A stretch of DNA of 64,000 nt from Anolis carolinensis (lineage: Eukaryota): the NCBI RefSeq assembly GCF_035594765.1, contig NW_026943818.1, forward strand, positions 18,360,229 to 18,424,228, given 5' to 3'. The notes under the pieces were generated by a model, which was not told the DNA's origin, made no database searches, and saw only the letters and a list, made by a program, of their open reading frames with translations. How positions within the stretch are numbered: position 1 is the first letter of the stretch; the number at the start of each line of letters is the position of its first letter. This document shows positions 50,073-63,274 of this stretch, piece after piece. The translations under genes were made by a program, and so were the position numbers.

Positions 50073-50264
50073 CTACACTTCGCGGCTCGTTTTCTCGTAT
50101 TTGCCCATCTCGAGGTCCGCAACCTGGACAAAATCTTGGAAAGTGTGCTCCTCATCTGCGGTGGCCGGGCGCACTGAAACGCAGCGCAGGAGCTTCTTCT
50201 TGGCGTCATAGTTCCCCATGCAGCGGTGGACCCGGCCCCGGATCAGCCTTGGGAGGTCCCGATC
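50073..50264 (-). CDS. SPATA22: SPATA22 last coding exon
   Basis: DRDLPRLIRGRVHRCMGNYDAKKKLLRCVSVRPA...ADLEM...TAG; AATAAA at 49864-49869 on the minus strand. Total CDS 1023 nt. Confidence 0.95.
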   Translation of the reverse strand, partial: DRDLPRLIRGRVHRCMGNYDAKKKLLRCVSVRPATADEEHTFQDFVQVADLEMGKYEKTSREV

Positions 50265-51364
50265 CTGACGCCGGTGGAGGAGACACAGTGAGTTCCTTCC
50301 TTTGCTTTACCTCTCAAGATCGACTTAAAAGTTCAATTATTGCATTAAATCATTTTAAATGAAAAGGTTGTGTGGGGAATTTTTGATGCAATAGGAAAGT
50401 TTGCTAGTGACAAAATAAGGAGCTTTGTCTAGCTTGAGCTCTCCTTTTGGAGAGAACAAGAACTGCTTGTAAATAACGAATCATATTCTAGTCAGTGTCC
50501 CAATGTTGGATTTAGTCCAAGACATCGGGAATCACATTTTCATGGGACATATTGATCACTTTCTTGCAGCAAAAATGGGAACCGTCTTCGACCATTGGTT
50601 TTCTGATACGGAAGAGGGTTATTAAAAGTAGAAAAGTAGAAATAAAGTGATACTCAATAAAGGGATCCACAAATGAGAGGTTAAAATCAACAGGCTTATA
50701 GATTCACTTTGTAGGTGTTTGTGTATATAGGTTATTTTTTGTAGATAAAGGTGTGTTGGTTACTTTTGTATATCATGTATTTTAATTTCCTTTTGTGTTG
50801 TAGAATTTTACAAGTATGTTTTTTTTCTTTGTTTGTATGTTTGAATACAAACCATTTACCCAAAAAAAAGAGAGAAAAATTCCAATTTCAAAATGGGTAC
50901 AAATTTGCATCTACTACAGAAATCATATGTATTTGGGGACGTGTTCCATAAGTGATACGTTAGGACTGTTTGTGCATCATGTGAATGTACAGTTAGGTTA
51001 TGGGGAAGGCAAAATAGATAATAGATACATTACAGATCATCAAGCATTTCAGATGAAAAGTGATGGCAGTGTAGACTCATAATCCAGTTCAGAGCAGGTA
51101 ATTTAGATTCAGAGATTGGATTAGATGGTAGAGTAGATCTAGCCTTAGAATCTACATAAGGTGTCTCTTATGTATTTTTGTTGGTGATACTGGAATTAGG
51201 GTGCGGCTTACAATAGATGGTGTCTTACAATGGAAGAAATATAGTAATAAGGAAGAACACGCAAGTCGAAACAGGCTGCAGCAGTTTTTTTTGCCTGAGT
51301 TGACTGGGAAGAGCAAGTATCTGCCTTCTTTTCCTGGCTAAGTTAGATGAGTGCAAATTACATA

Positions 51365-51955
51365 CAGTGATATCTTGATATAAGAGTTTAATTCGTTCTT
51401 GACTGAGCTCTTAACTCAGAATATTTTTCTCTCAAAGCAAATGTTTGCACTGAAATGCTTTAATCCATTCCAGCCCCCAACCACCCTTTTTTTAAAATAA
51501 GAAAATGTACTTTATAAAAAATGTATAAATGCACATTCACATGGAACAATAACAAAAAGACAAATCAATTTTAAGATGCTAGAAGCACAAAGTTATGGCA
51601 CAACGTGAAGAGACAAAAGCATAGTTTTCTTCTTCATCCTGTCCTCGTTCCAGCCTGCCTCCCTCTCTTGCTCTCTTTCTCTCCCTCTCTCATTTCATGA
51701 AGCCAAACAGACCAGGAATAAAAACCACACAAAATCAACTAACCCAAAGTTCCGCAAAGCAGACAAGAGATAAGCAGACAGCAATCTCCCAAAGCGAACA
51801 AGAGCACGAGACCCAGAGGCCGCTCCCTTGAAACCTTAAAGCCTTGGACTGTAACTCTGGTGCTTGGTCTGCAGTTTTTATGTCGAAGCAAAACCAGGCT
51901 GAGCTCATAACTCAAAACACTCTTGTTGGGACACTCTTAAGTTGAAGTTACACTG
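51365..51955. mobile_element. Tigger-like non-autonomous element
   Basis: TA-CAGTG...AAGAGT and ACTCTTAAG...CACTG-TA degenerate inverted ends. Confidence 0.55.
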
Positions 51956-52342
51956 TACTTTTGCACTTTATTACTTGTTGTAAGAGTGCAGTATTTTTAT
52001 CCCTCTTCATCTCTCCCAAAGGAGGCTCAAAGCAGCTTTGACTATGAACTCAGTTGCTAATGGAGTAAGCTGAAAGCAAGAGGGGGCATGTTTAACATCA
52101 GGGGATACTGGAAATAGGAAACGACACAGGATTGATCAAGAACCATGCCTGCCAAATCGGGACCATGGGAGGGTATGTTGTTATAACTTGTGGCAAGGCT
52201 TGTACACATAAGGAAGACAATGCCTGACTCAAAAGTACGTAGGAAAGGGTTGTCTGGACATTGCCCCTAAACACATATTGATTTTACAATTTTTAAAAGC
52301 AATATATTAGAATACTTATTTTTGAATGTGGGCAGTACTTAC

Positions 52343-52440
52343 AATCTCATAGAAGACGCATGGCACACTCTCCTTCCCATCACGCAAAAGGAAATTCTTT
52401 GCACCATACGGCCCAGGGGTAACTGCAGAATCCAGGACAC
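52343..52440 (-). CDS. SPATA22: SPATA22 coding exon 7 (OB-fold)
   Basis: VLDSAVTPGPYGAKNFLLRDGKESVPCVFYEI; ACAG acceptor, GTAAG donor. Confidence 0.95.
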
Positions 52441-52651
52441 CTGTATGAGCGAGCAATAAGTAAGTAAATAAACATAAAATACATAGATTAAAAAAATTGT
52501 AAAAACATAAACCAAACAGGCTGCAAAATCAATATATAGCGGTAATAAAATGCAAATTGAAAACTCATGATTCAGAGTTGATATAGGTATTATTATTATA
52601 ATTTATACCTTCTTTTTTCCCTCTAAAAGAGAGACTCAAAGTGGCTTATTG

Positions 52652-52706
<55 letters not shown>

Positions 52707-52775
52707 GTATACCCCACTTTTTATCTTTAAAAAACAGACTCAAGGCAGTTTACAGTATTGTTGTTGTTGTTGTTA

Positions 52776-52828
<53 letters not shown>

Positions 52829-53370
52829 TATACCCTGCTTTTTCTCTCTCAGAAAGAGACACAAAGCAACTTACAGTGAAACCAGTACAACTGAAAACCT
52901 AAAAGTATACAAACATAACAATAGAATATTCAATTACCATCTTCAAGTTATGTTCTCCCTCCTAGGATTTGAGAGGGATACGAAATAGGATTCATTTAGT
53001 GTGGTCTTACTAGAAAAAAAAATCTATAAGCTTCTCTTTGACTTTAAAAAAAAGTTAAAGCTACAAACAAAATGTAACTTTGAGAAAAAAAATCTATTTA
53101 AAAAGCAAACTGAAGGACAGTATGTTTAACTCCTGTTAAACTTCACAAACTAGGATAAATTTGAGTTCTAGCCCTTGAAGGAATCAGCTGGCTTTGGTTT
53201 AAAATCTCACATACAAATGTGGCAAAATGTATGCTATTGTTTCTACGCAGAAAGGACATTGAGCCGAAATATTACTGGCAGCCGTTGTCTTATTTTGGGG
53301 TGATAGCATTCATATTCCCCTGCATGCAAATTGTCATGGCAAACACCAACAAGAATGCTATTGTACTCAC

Positions 53371-53500
53371 CCAAAACCTCAAACAGCAGTGGGGTTTTTT
53401 CGGCAAACTGGCTCCAGTGCTTCATACTTTCAATGACAGCAGAGAGAATTCTCAGAGTGTTGCCTTTTTCTTTCAGCTTGGAGTAAAGCACCGGCCCTTT
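53371..53500 (-). CDS. SPATA22: SPATA22 coding exon 6
   Basis: KEKGNTLRILSAVIESMKHWSQFAEKTPLLFEVL; 130 bp. Confidence 0.93.
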
Positions 53501-53859
53501 CTTTTGTAAGGAGACAAAGGAAAAGGTCAGAATAGATTCGGGTGAGTCAATACCTTGATACTTTATGTCATTGTAAAAAAAATTGTTAAAAACTGCAAAT
53601 ATGGGAACATAAGACTGATTGTCTGGTTCCCATGTTGGTCTTTGGTATCTTAACCTATGTAGTAGTAGTTGTTGTTGATATTTATTACACACCTCTCCTT
53701 GCAGCTATTATGTATGTATGCATGCCATGTTTTCCCAAGGTAGGTTATCGGCCTTCTTCTGTTCCATGGCATTTTGTATAATTATATTGCGTGCATTTTT
53801 TCTTAAAGCTGAAAATATGTTAAAATGCAAATAGGTTTGTTTTCAGGTGGGGCCGGTTT

Positions 53860-53921
<62 letters not shown>

Positions 53922-54200
53922 TTGCATTTATTATCTGCCTCTCCTGATGGCTCAAATTGAAGTAGAAAAAAGTCAAAAATGTATGAACATAAAATTGCAT
54001 AGATAAAAACACCAACTTATTTTTTTAAACATACATCAAACAGAGATGCAGCATTGACATCTAGTAGCAACAGAATGTACATCAAAAGTTGTGAAAACTG
54101 CCTTCTCAATGACTTTGCCCAAGAAAGGAAGGTCTGAGACTGGTCTGTAGTTTTTTTAGGTTCAGGGGATCAAGTAATATATGTTATGCATATATTATAC

Positions 54201-54528
54201 CTGCATAGTGTTGTCATCTGAAAACATGGGCTTGTCTGTTTTCTCATCTGCTTCCTGTCGGCAAGGATTGGGTTTAAAGGAGTACGCTGCACCTCTCAGC
54301 AAGGTGGATGCGGATGAACCACTTTTTGCCATCGTTCCTGCCTTGTTGCTGCTTTGTGGCAATGCCTTGGGATTCACAGCCAATTTGAGTTGTTTTGGTC
54401 CACTTCCCTTCCAGCAATCCGACCTGGTCTCGGGCTGCGAACTCTGTCTGCTTTCTGTTCCTCTCCCAAAAGCAGGAGAAAAGTCATTCCTTTTCCAAAT
54501 GTTTGCATTGGAACTGTTCTCCTTCAGG
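54201..54528 (-). CDS. SPATA22: SPATA22 coding exon 5
   Basis: Open frame LKENSSNANIWKRNDF...DDNTMQ; ACAG acceptor, GTATA donor. Confidence 0.8.
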
Positions 54529-54779
54529 CTGTATTGAAAAAAATTGTGTGGATTTATTATTGAAACTTACAAGTTATATACGCATACAGGCAGGGAGCAT
54601 CTAAATAATAAAGTTGGCTGGGGCCTAGCTATCTTACTAAAGAACTCACTTCCAGCAGACATCTTGTCTCTCTCCTTGCTCACAGGAGGACTCCAGAGCT
54701 TCCTATGTGGCTCAGAAAAAGGCATGTCCCTGGGATCCCAACAGAAAAAAAAAACATACATTTTGTAAATCTGACTTAC

Positions 54780-54830
54780 CTCCAGTTCCTTCCTGCTTGT
54801 GACGCACTAGACTTTGGGGCATTTTCATGT
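54780..54830 (-). CDS. SPATA22: SPATA22 coding exon 4
   Basis: 51 bp, phase 2 to 2, T-tract AAAG acceptor, GTAAG donor; keeps frame. Confidence 0.7.
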
Positions 54831-54982
54831 CTTTAAGAAAAAAGACGGAAGTGTAGGATATGTTAGCATTCAAAGATTCCGTTTTGGAGATAGATAATGG
54901 AGAAACATGAGGGTTGGAAATCATGTATAACTTTAAGGAAAGGTACAGACATGATTATACGTGTTTTAGTTCCCCTTCCTAC

Positions 54983-55034
54983 CTTGTTTTCTGCAAGGGA
55001 GTTGTTTCCGGCTTGGTGGTTTCCCATCCGAAAT
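54983..55034 (-). CDS. SPATA22: SPATA22 coding exon 3 (DFGWETTKPETTPLQKT)
   Basis: Phase 1 to 2; resembles recalled DWAWEAVNPELAPVMKT; AAG acceptor, GTAGG donor. Confidence 0.75.
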
Positions 55035-55738
55035 CTTTATTAAAGTCAAAAGGACAAAAGGAAGGGTTCATCAAAACCGTGGGATCATGACAGTAAGATA
55101 CATATCAATTTTGCCTATCAGTCAAAAACAACTCAAAAGCAACACAATGATACAATCCAGCTCAGTCACCTAGGCCTTTTCCTCCGATTTTAGTTGTTTC
55201 CTTCTATTTCCTTGCAATGTTTGAAAAGATGTCCTTTGTTCATTCAGATATTGCTCACGCAAAGGATATAAAACTAAACACCATATTGTTTGGAAACTGA
55301 AATGATATTGCCTCTGAACATGGCAAACATGTTTACTGTCATTGTTTACAACCCATCGCTTCCCCATTTCTGGGGAAGTTGCAGTGGAATGCAACCAAAG
55401 GAGTTGACCTTTGAGGTAGGAGAGTGGGGACTTTATCCCCCTCCTCCAGCCCACCCTTTGACTGCAATGAATGGGATTAATTATTGTTACAATAATTAAT
55501 GCAGGCAGGGTTTTGCATAGCAGCCTTTTCAAGACAATTCGAGATGACACAGCACTAGAATAGGGAGAGCAGTTGAATGCCTACAACTTGGCATTCAAAC
55601 CTTCCCCTTAATTCAAGAAGACAAGGAAGGATAGGCCTGCTAGAGGCAGAACTTTCCTTTTGGAGGAGAATCTTTTTCGGAAATGAAAGGAATAGAGATA
55701 GGGATGGTTGGAACTGGTCAATAGCTCCCTCTGCTTAC

Positions 55739-55867
55739 CTGCAAGCATGGCAGAAAAATCGAAATTATCAGCATTGTTGTTGGAACTGAGCTCGTTTTGA
55801 AGCGGGTTCGATGTGAGCGGCTGCCGGGTCCTTTTTCTCTGGTTGAACAAAGGGACAGGAAGGCAGC
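55739..55867 (-). CDS. SPATA22: SPATA22 coding exon 2
   Basis: GCLPVPLFNQRKRTRQPLTSNPL; 129 bp; TTTAG acceptor, GTAAG donor. Confidence 0.93.
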
Positions 55868-56031
55868 CTAAAGTTGGGAGTTGTGGCATAAAAGAGATTG
55901 TTAGTCAACCAATCAGCATTTATTAAAACATGCATTCCATTATTATATTATGTTGTTATCATATTATAGTAATATCATATTATGAGAATATTTTTGTTAT
56001 TATGTTATAATAATATTATATTATTGTTATT

Positions 56032-56732
56032 TTGTATATACGTGAGTATAAGCCGACCCGAATATAAGCCGCGGCACCTAATTTTACCACAAAAACTGGG
56101 AAAACTTATTGACTCGAATATAAGACGAGGGTGGGAAATGCAGCAGCTACGGGTCAAATTAAAAAATAAAAATAGATATTAATAAAATTGCATTATTTGA
56201 GGCATCAGTAGGTTAAATGTTTTTGAATATTTATATAAAACTCTAATTTAAGATAATAATAAGACTTTAATAAGATAAGACTGTCCACCTCTGAATGCCT
56301 ATATACTCAAGTATAAGCCGACCTGAATAGAAGCTGGCCAGGACCCTCACTCAAGTATAAGCCGAGGGGAGCTTTTTCAACCCAAAAAAAAGGCTGAAAA
56401 ACTAATAATAATAGTAATACTTAATTTTTCTATCCTGCCACTATCTCCCCGAAGGGACTCGGGGCGGCTAACATGGGGCGATGCCCAAAACAAAACAGAA
56501 TAAAGCAGTTACAACAAATACCAAAATGAAAACAGTAATAACATAAATCAAATCAAATAAACAATTTAAACATTTTAAAAATACAATAAAACACATAAAA
56601 TCAGAACAAATGAGTAATAATACAGCATCAGCCACTGGAGATAAAAGGGGTCGGCCATATAAAACACAATATCCAAAGCTTTAATAAAGTGCACAAAGTA
56701 CAAAAACTAGGCTTATACTTGAATATATACAG
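56032..56732. mobile_element. pogo/Tigger-like MITE, second copy (opposite orientation)
   Basis: GTATATACGTGAGTATAAGCC ... GGCTTATACTTGAATATATACAG. Confidence 0.75.
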
Positions 56733-57017
56733 TATATTATTGCTATATTATTATTGCTGTTATTACTATTTTGTATTTTTAGTAGTACTGTATTATGTTG
56801 GTTATTTTGTTATTTTGTAATTATATTATTATATTACTCTTTTATGTTGTTATATTATTACAGTTTATTACTGTTATTATTTTATATTGTTATACTGTTA
56901 TTTTATATTGTTATTAGTATCATTGTTATTATTAGATTTTACATTATTATTCTTTTATTATGTTATGTTATTATAGCATATTACCATTATTATTATTTTC
57001 TTGATATTATATTAGTA

Positions 57018-57360
57018 CAGTAGAGTCTAATTTATCCAACATAAATGGGCCAGCAGAACGTTGGATAAGTGAAAATATTGGATAATAAGGAGGAATTAAG
57101 GAAAAGACTATTAAATGTCAAATTACATTATGATTTTACAAATCATAAGCACCAAAACATGTTTTGCAACAAATTGACAGAAAAAGCAGTTTAATACACA
57201 GTAACGTTATGTAGCAATTACTGTATATACGAATTTAGCACCAAAACATTGCAATGTATTGAAAACATTGACTATAAAAACATTGACTACTAAAAGGCCG
57301 ACTGTGTTGGATAATCCAGAATGTTGGATAAGCAAATGTTGGATAATTGAGACTCTACTG
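57018..57360. mobile_element. Same MITE, copy 6
   Basis: TIRs and TA flanks. Confidence 0.85.
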
Positions 57361-57408
57361 TAAATATATATAGATTGAATAATGATTAAATAATAAAATA
57401 AAAATAAC

Positions 57409-57451
57409 CTGCTGTAGTCCGGCCGGTATTCTCAGGGAAATTTCTCTTCAT
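57409..57451 (-). CDS. SPATA22: SPATA22 first coding exon (MKRNFPENTGRTTAG)
   Basis: Matches recalled MKRSLNENSARSTAG; TGCAG acceptor at 57468, G|GTTAT donor. Confidence 0.85.
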
Positions 57452-57894
57452 GTCTTCGGAAAATAATCTGCACAGAAAAAATAATATATATAAATAATTT
57501 AATAATTTATGACTTTAGCTTTGCAATAATACAGATCCTTTATGTGCTCTCTTTCATTTTTATTTAATTTGGGAATGTATATAGCTAGAGAAGAAAAGGC
57601 TAGCCTTTAAAAAAGTATTCTTATTATTTATTTACAGAATTATTTTTTTTACTTCGAATTTATTTCACTCCAAGTCTTTCTCTCAGGGACTTGAGCAAAG
57701 AGAAAATGACCTCACTCAATTCGCTTGAAACCAAAGAACCAAAAAAGTGACCAAATCCTTTGAAATTAGTGAGGATAAATAAAAATCATCATTATAATGA
57801 TTATTTTATTTTAATAGCCTTTTGGGAGAGCAAACTAATGTAAAAGGTGTGGGATTTCCCCCCAAAAAATATGTTTAGAAATACATTATTTGTC

Positions 57895-58560
57895 TGAGGT
57901 GGATCCAAGATGGCGGACTGAGGGGAAGAAGGAAGGAAGATGGCCGCCAAAGAAACCAAGAGCCATTTGTTCACTACTTTGGAGGCCTGCCTTCTCTTTT
58001 AATGACAATTAACCACGTTGTTATTGTTGGATTTGGGGCCTGCCGTTGTTGTTGCTTTTCCACACAGCTTCCTCCCTCCATTTTGTGGTTTTGAAATTGC
58101 CAAAAAATGGCCGCTGTGTTGTTTTTTTTCCCCTACAGACAAAAAGCACACATTTCCGCCATTCATCTTCACATTGGGTTTTCAAAACCCCTCAAAGTGG
58201 ATTACATCACAATGTAGATGGGGTCTTAGAGGACATCTTTCCCACAGCTTCCTCCCTCCATTTTTTAGCTGGGATTCCTTCCAATGGGAATTGCCTCATA
58301 AAGCGCCACAAAATGGCCGCCGTGTTGTTGTTTTTTCCACCCACAGACAAAAGACACACGTTTCCGCCATTCATCTTCACACTGAGTTTTCAAAATCCCA
58401 GTCCTAACTGCAAAGTCGACACAAGATGGATCTATGCTGCCGTATAATCCTAAAATCATCTAGATTCAGAAACTGGATTAAATTGCAGTGTAGATGGAGC
58501 TGCAGAGGACCTCTTTCTCAGTTTCTTCTTCTTGCCACGGCCACCATTTTTGCTTTTTTA
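57895..58560. promoter_or_regulatory. Probable SPATA22 promoter / 5' region with YY1-type motifs and a ~190-bp direct duplication
   Basis: AAGATGGCGG, AGATGGCCGCC, AAAATGGCCGC twice, CCGCCATT twice; about 58057-58190 is repeated at about 58237-58400. Confidence 0.55.
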
Positions 58561-58615
58561 ATGTTTCATTGCCCTTCGCCACACAGACATATCGAATAGA
58601 GGCTTGCTAAATTCC

Positions 58616-58656
<41 letters not shown>

Positions 58657-58660
<4 letters not shown>

Positions 58661-58740
58661 ACAGCAAACAAGATAGATATGCTGGATTTCATATCACAAA
58701 ATCACAAGTCGAACACTTCCCAAGTGTCTAGGACTGTCTA
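58657..58740 (-). mobile_element. R4/Dong-like 3' end in (TAA)n
   Basis: Same sequence as the 4848-5437 units, flanked by TTA runs. Confidence 0.65.
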
Positions 58741-58742
58741 AG

Positions 58743-58774
<32 letters not shown>

Positions 58775-58849
58775 CAGGGTCAGAGACATGAAAGCACCAT
58801 TGTTTAAGATACATGTGGCCTCTTCCTTGCACTTCTTTATTCGAGTCAA

Positions 58850-59040
58850 ACTGCTAAATAATAATAATAATAATAATAACCAATAATAATAATAATATGA
58901 TGATGATGATGAATTGAATGCAAATTGTAGTCTGGGCCTTCCTCATTCTACTAAATTATTATTATTAGTGACTGGCCCTGCAATGAATTGAATGCTAATT
59001 GTTATCATGGCCTTCTATATTCTAATCAAGTTGCTAAATA

Positions 59041-59087
<47 letters not shown>

Positions 59088-59264
59088 ATTAAATGCAAAT
59101 TGTAGTCTGGGCCTTCCTCATCCTACTAAATTATTATTATTAGTGACTGGCCCTGCAATGACTTGAATGCCAATTGTCATCAGAGCCTTCTTTAAACTGC
59201 TAAATAGTAATAGTAATAATAATAATAATAATGCCAATTGTCATCAGGGCCTTCTTTAAACTAT

Positions 59265-59318
<54 letters not shown>

Positions 59319-59425
59319 CCAATTGTCATCAGGGCCTTCTTTATTCTAGTCATAATAAACAATAATAATAATATGATTTTTTGAATGCAAATTGTAGTCT
59401 GGGCCTTCCTCATCCTACTTAAATT
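58850..59425. repeat. Compound repeat: AATGC(A/C)AATTGT..GGCCTTC units separated by (AAT)n
   Basis: About 7 related units. Confidence 0.75.
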
Positions 59426-59452
59426 ATTAAACCATTATTATTATTGTTGTTG

Positions 59453-59577
59453 TTAGATACACAAGATAATCCACAGCAAACAAGATCACTATGCTGACTT
59501 TTGTACTGGATCACGTCGGACACTTCCCGAGTGTCTAGGACTGTGTGATGTATCGGCGAATAACATGTGCGGATCGG
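59453..59577 (-). mobile_element. R4/Dong-like 3' end
   Basis: Reverse strand encodes an ORF end SAHVIRRYITQS*; flanked by TTA/TAA runs. Confidence 0.65.
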
Positions 59578-59849
59578 AATAGTAATAATTATGATAGTAA
59601 TAATTACTATTATTATTACTATTATTATTATTTGGCCCTCCAGTGAATGGAATGCCAATTTTCATGATGGTTCTCTGGCGCCCCCTGGTGGCCACGCTCT
59701 TCCATAGTCCTGCATAAAAAGAGCCCATCATCTCTGGCTCTTTTTATGCATTTCATCTGGCACTTTTGTTTTGTTTTTTTGCCATGCTGGGATGACAAAG
59801 GCAACAACGCCAATCCTGGAGTTGGAAAAAGGGGATCCCTTCCAACTCA

Positions 59850-60480
59850 ATAATAAGGTTTTTAAGCAGAGGCTGAATGGCCATCTGTTGGGAGGGATTG
59901 GATGGTGCCTCAATGGCAAAACAGGGTTGGGACAGGAGAGACTTTTTTGGAGGGGGGTCCCCTCCAACTCTAGCATTCAATAATAATAATACAATAATAA
60001 TAATATCTAGTTTGCTGTGTCATACTATGTTGTGTCAATAATAATATCTAATGATGATTGAATCTCCTTCTCTAGAGCTTTTTAAGCAGAGGCTGGGTGG
60101 CCATCTGTTGGGAGGGATTGGATGGTGCCTCAATGACAGAACAAAGGGTTGGGATCGGAGAGGGTCTACTCCAACTCTAACATTCAATATTAATAATAGA
60201 TAATGATGATGGCATCTCCTTCTCTAGAGGTTTTTAAGCAGAGGCTGGATGGATGGCCTTCTATAGGGAGGGATCGGATGGTGCTTTTCCTGTGTGACAG
60301 AAGGGATTGGATAGCCATCTTTGGGGGAATCCCTCCAACTCTAGTATTCAATAACAATAGTTAATGGTGATTGCATCTCTTTCTCTTTTGAAGCAGAGGC
60401 TGGGTGGACCTCTGTCGGGAAGGATCAGATGGTGCTTCAGTAGGAAGGGAAGGGATTCTTCCAAGTATAGGATTCAATTA
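59850..60480 (+). repeat. Four tandem degenerate CR1 3'-end units
   Basis: TTTTAAGCAGAGGCTG..GGCCATCTG..GGAGGGAT..CCAACTCTA..TTCAAT repeated. Confidence 0.8.
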
Positions 60481-60486
60481 TAACCA

Positions 60487-61210
60487 TGTAATGAAGTACG
60501 AATTTTGGTTTATAGATGTTAAAAGGGTAAGTATTACAGTTATTGCATCTCTGTACTGGTTGCCATGGCTGGTTGCCATGGAGAAGTAGGCGGAGCCAAC
60601 TGCCGTTTAGTTGAAGTGCAGAGTTTAAAAAAGAGAGTCAGTCTGTGCTCTGATGAGGCACAGGGAAGATTGATTCCAAGTTGATGGGATCAAGGAGACT
60701 CAATTGTTCATTTTGAGTCGGTTTTAAATAAGTTTGGTGACTTATTTAATGTAGTCTGTGACTTGGTAAGGCACAGAGAATCTGTGATAGTATATCACAG
60801 GGGTGACTGTGGTTTGAAGTCACTGGATAGTCCAAGTTTTGAAGTAACAGTTAGAAAGGAGCAGAGGAATAGGTTTTAACTAATTTAAGTAAAAGAAGTG
60901 ATACTTTAGAGTTTCATTCATCTCATTCTAGTATTGTAACTGTTAATAAGAATACCTCTACGTGAGAAACAACATAGTAACCACCAAGCTTGTGCCTGAA
61001 TAAACTTGTTATTGTTCTTCCAACATCTAAGCCTCTGTCGCATATATTCTAAACGAAGTTACGCTACCCTTTAAAGTAAAAGGTCTCCTCCCTGAGTCTT
61101 TCGTGGTTTGGTGGCAGTCGTTATTAGTTCTTTACAAATTTGGGGAAGTGGGTAGGATAAAAAGATTCCCCCTGCCTGAAAGAACCTTAGCCGATATTAA
61201 ATCTCTTACA
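60487..61210 (+). mobile_element. Solo LTR (724 bp)
   Basis: TGTAA...TTACA termini, 5-bp TSD AACCA (60482-60486, 61211-61215), internal AATAAA. Confidence 0.85.
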
Positions 61211-61756
61211 AACCATAATAAGCACAAGAGGCAAGTTTGGCTGTATCCTTGGCTTTTTTTTTTTTGTATAAAAGAGAAACACATCAGAGCAGACAGTGAT
61301 GTTGTTGTTTTGGCGGTACCAGGGTTGTGATTGGCAGTGGAGCGAGCGGGCACTGCTTCCCACCCTGAGCCACCAGGAGGCGCTGCTGGGCCGCCGATTG
61401 GAGCCGAGGAGTGTGGATGGATGTGCAAAGTGTGCAGCAAGCAGCGTGCCATGCAGTCCATCAGTCAGTCGCCCCCGTATTCTTTCTTGTTTATCCCAGA
61501 AAAGAGAGAGAAAGAGTCCGTACATTCACTTCCTGTCACAGTGCAGCAGAAGGGGAGGCATCAAAGGGAAGCGGTCTGCGTCCTGCGCAGATCCAGGCCA
61601 AAGTGGAGGAGGGAGAAGTGGAATAGGAGACATCCCCACCCCTTCCATGGAGGAGGGAGGATATGCAGAAATGGGGGCCACCACCAGTAGAGTCAGAGAG
61701 AGAAAAGGGGGACACCCATCTCCATCAAGCCAGGCCAGTCTCAGGCGACGTTTGTC

Positions 61757-61918
61757 CTAGACAAAGGCCTCCTGGTCGGGGGTCCCGTTGACTTTGCAGA
61801 AGAGCTTGTCCTCCTCTGCTTTCTGCCGCTTCTCCCTCTCGAGGCGCCTCCGGAAGCAGATTAAATACAGTGGGAGGCAGAAGCCCAGCAGGCTCAGCCC
61901 CAGGAGGCCCACATTCAC
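61757..61918 (-). CDS. SLC43A2: SLC43A2 (LAT4) last coding exon; gene continues beyond window end
   Basis: [29 protein letters not shown]...[17 protein letters not shown]; CCCAG acceptor. Confidence 0.93.
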   Translation of the reverse strand: MNVGLLGLSLLGFCLPLYLICFRRRLEREKRQKAEEDKLFCKVNGTPDQEAFV

Positions 61919-62308
61919 CTGGGAAAGAAAGGAATACAAGGAAGGGGTCAGCATGGGAAAGCAGGGGCCTCACCCCATGCAGCAGCAACCCTTTCTTCCT
62001 CCTCTGTTGCTGTTCTGCACCAGGGATCTTTTTGCCTTATCATCATCAACAACAAGAGCCCTGGGAGCCCTGAATAAATGCCACCCTTTTGTAGCTTATG
62101 ATTAAATATTATTTACATATTGATTATTGTTGTTGCTGTTATTTGGTTTTCTCCACGTACTCCAAAACACTTTAGCCCTGAACAAACGCCACCCTTTTGT
62201 GGCTTATGATTACATATTATTAAGGCATATTATTATTATTATTATTATTTTGGTGACTGATTTCCTTAATTTGGGATTGCCCTCTTTCTCCATTCTATTT
62301 TCATAGTA

Positions 62309-62626
62309 CAGTAGAGTTTCACTTATCCAACATAAACGGGCCGGCAGAATGTTGGATAAGCGAATATGTTGGATAATATGGAGGCATTAAGGAAAAGCCT
62401 ATTAATCATCAAATTAGGTTATGATTTTACAAATTCAGCACCAAAACATGTTAGACAACAAATTTGGCAGAAAAAGTAGTTCAATACGCAGTAATGCTAT
62501 GTAGTAATTACTGTATTTATAAATTTAGCACCAAAATATGATATATTGAAAACATTTGACTACAAAAATGCGTTGGATAATCCAGAACGTTGGATAAGCG
62601 AGTGTTGGATAAGTGAGACTCTATTG
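62309..62626. mobile_element. Same MITE, copy 7
   Basis: TIRs and TA flanks. Confidence 0.85.
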
Positions 62627-63274
62627 TATTTTTACTCCTTAGCCATATATAGTCTTTAGGTGTATGCCTCCTCCAGCACCTTAATAGGATAATAGTCCCT
62701 GGTACCTACCTCTTTCTTAATTTGTATTTTACAAAACTATTTGCACTTTTCTGGCCCACTACCCCTTTTAGGAGCTAACCCAGGTTTTATCAAAGTGTGC
62801 TAATTGTTTATTGGTATATGTGATTTTGTTTATGATTTGTTTTTATTGTTGAGTTTTATATTGCTTGTTGCCTGGGCTTGGCCCCATGTAAGCAGCCCCG
62901 AGTTCCCTCGGGGAGATGCGGTGGGGTATAAAAATAAAATAATAATAATAATAATTATTATTATTATCATTATTATAGATTTGTACATAACACAGAACAC
63001 AAGCACATTAAGTCCAAGTGTCTGGGCTTAGTCTCTGAATATTGGGCTCTTCCAAAGGCCTGGGATATTAAGAGATATTTTCACAGTTCCGAGAAGTGCC
63101 GTATTCTACAGCATGTGGATTAATGTTCTGTCCAAATTAAGGCTTTTCAGGGTTTCTTGGAATGCCTCCAAATTATTACATTTATTACTGTTATTTGGCT
63201 TTTCCTCACCTTCTCCAAATTGTTTAGCTCTGAACAAATGTCAACCTTTGTGGCTTATTATTGAATAGTATTTT

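Noticed and set aside
54650-54730. Possible extra SPATA22 exon
   Set aside because: 80 bp with incompatible phase; the flanking exons join in frame without it.
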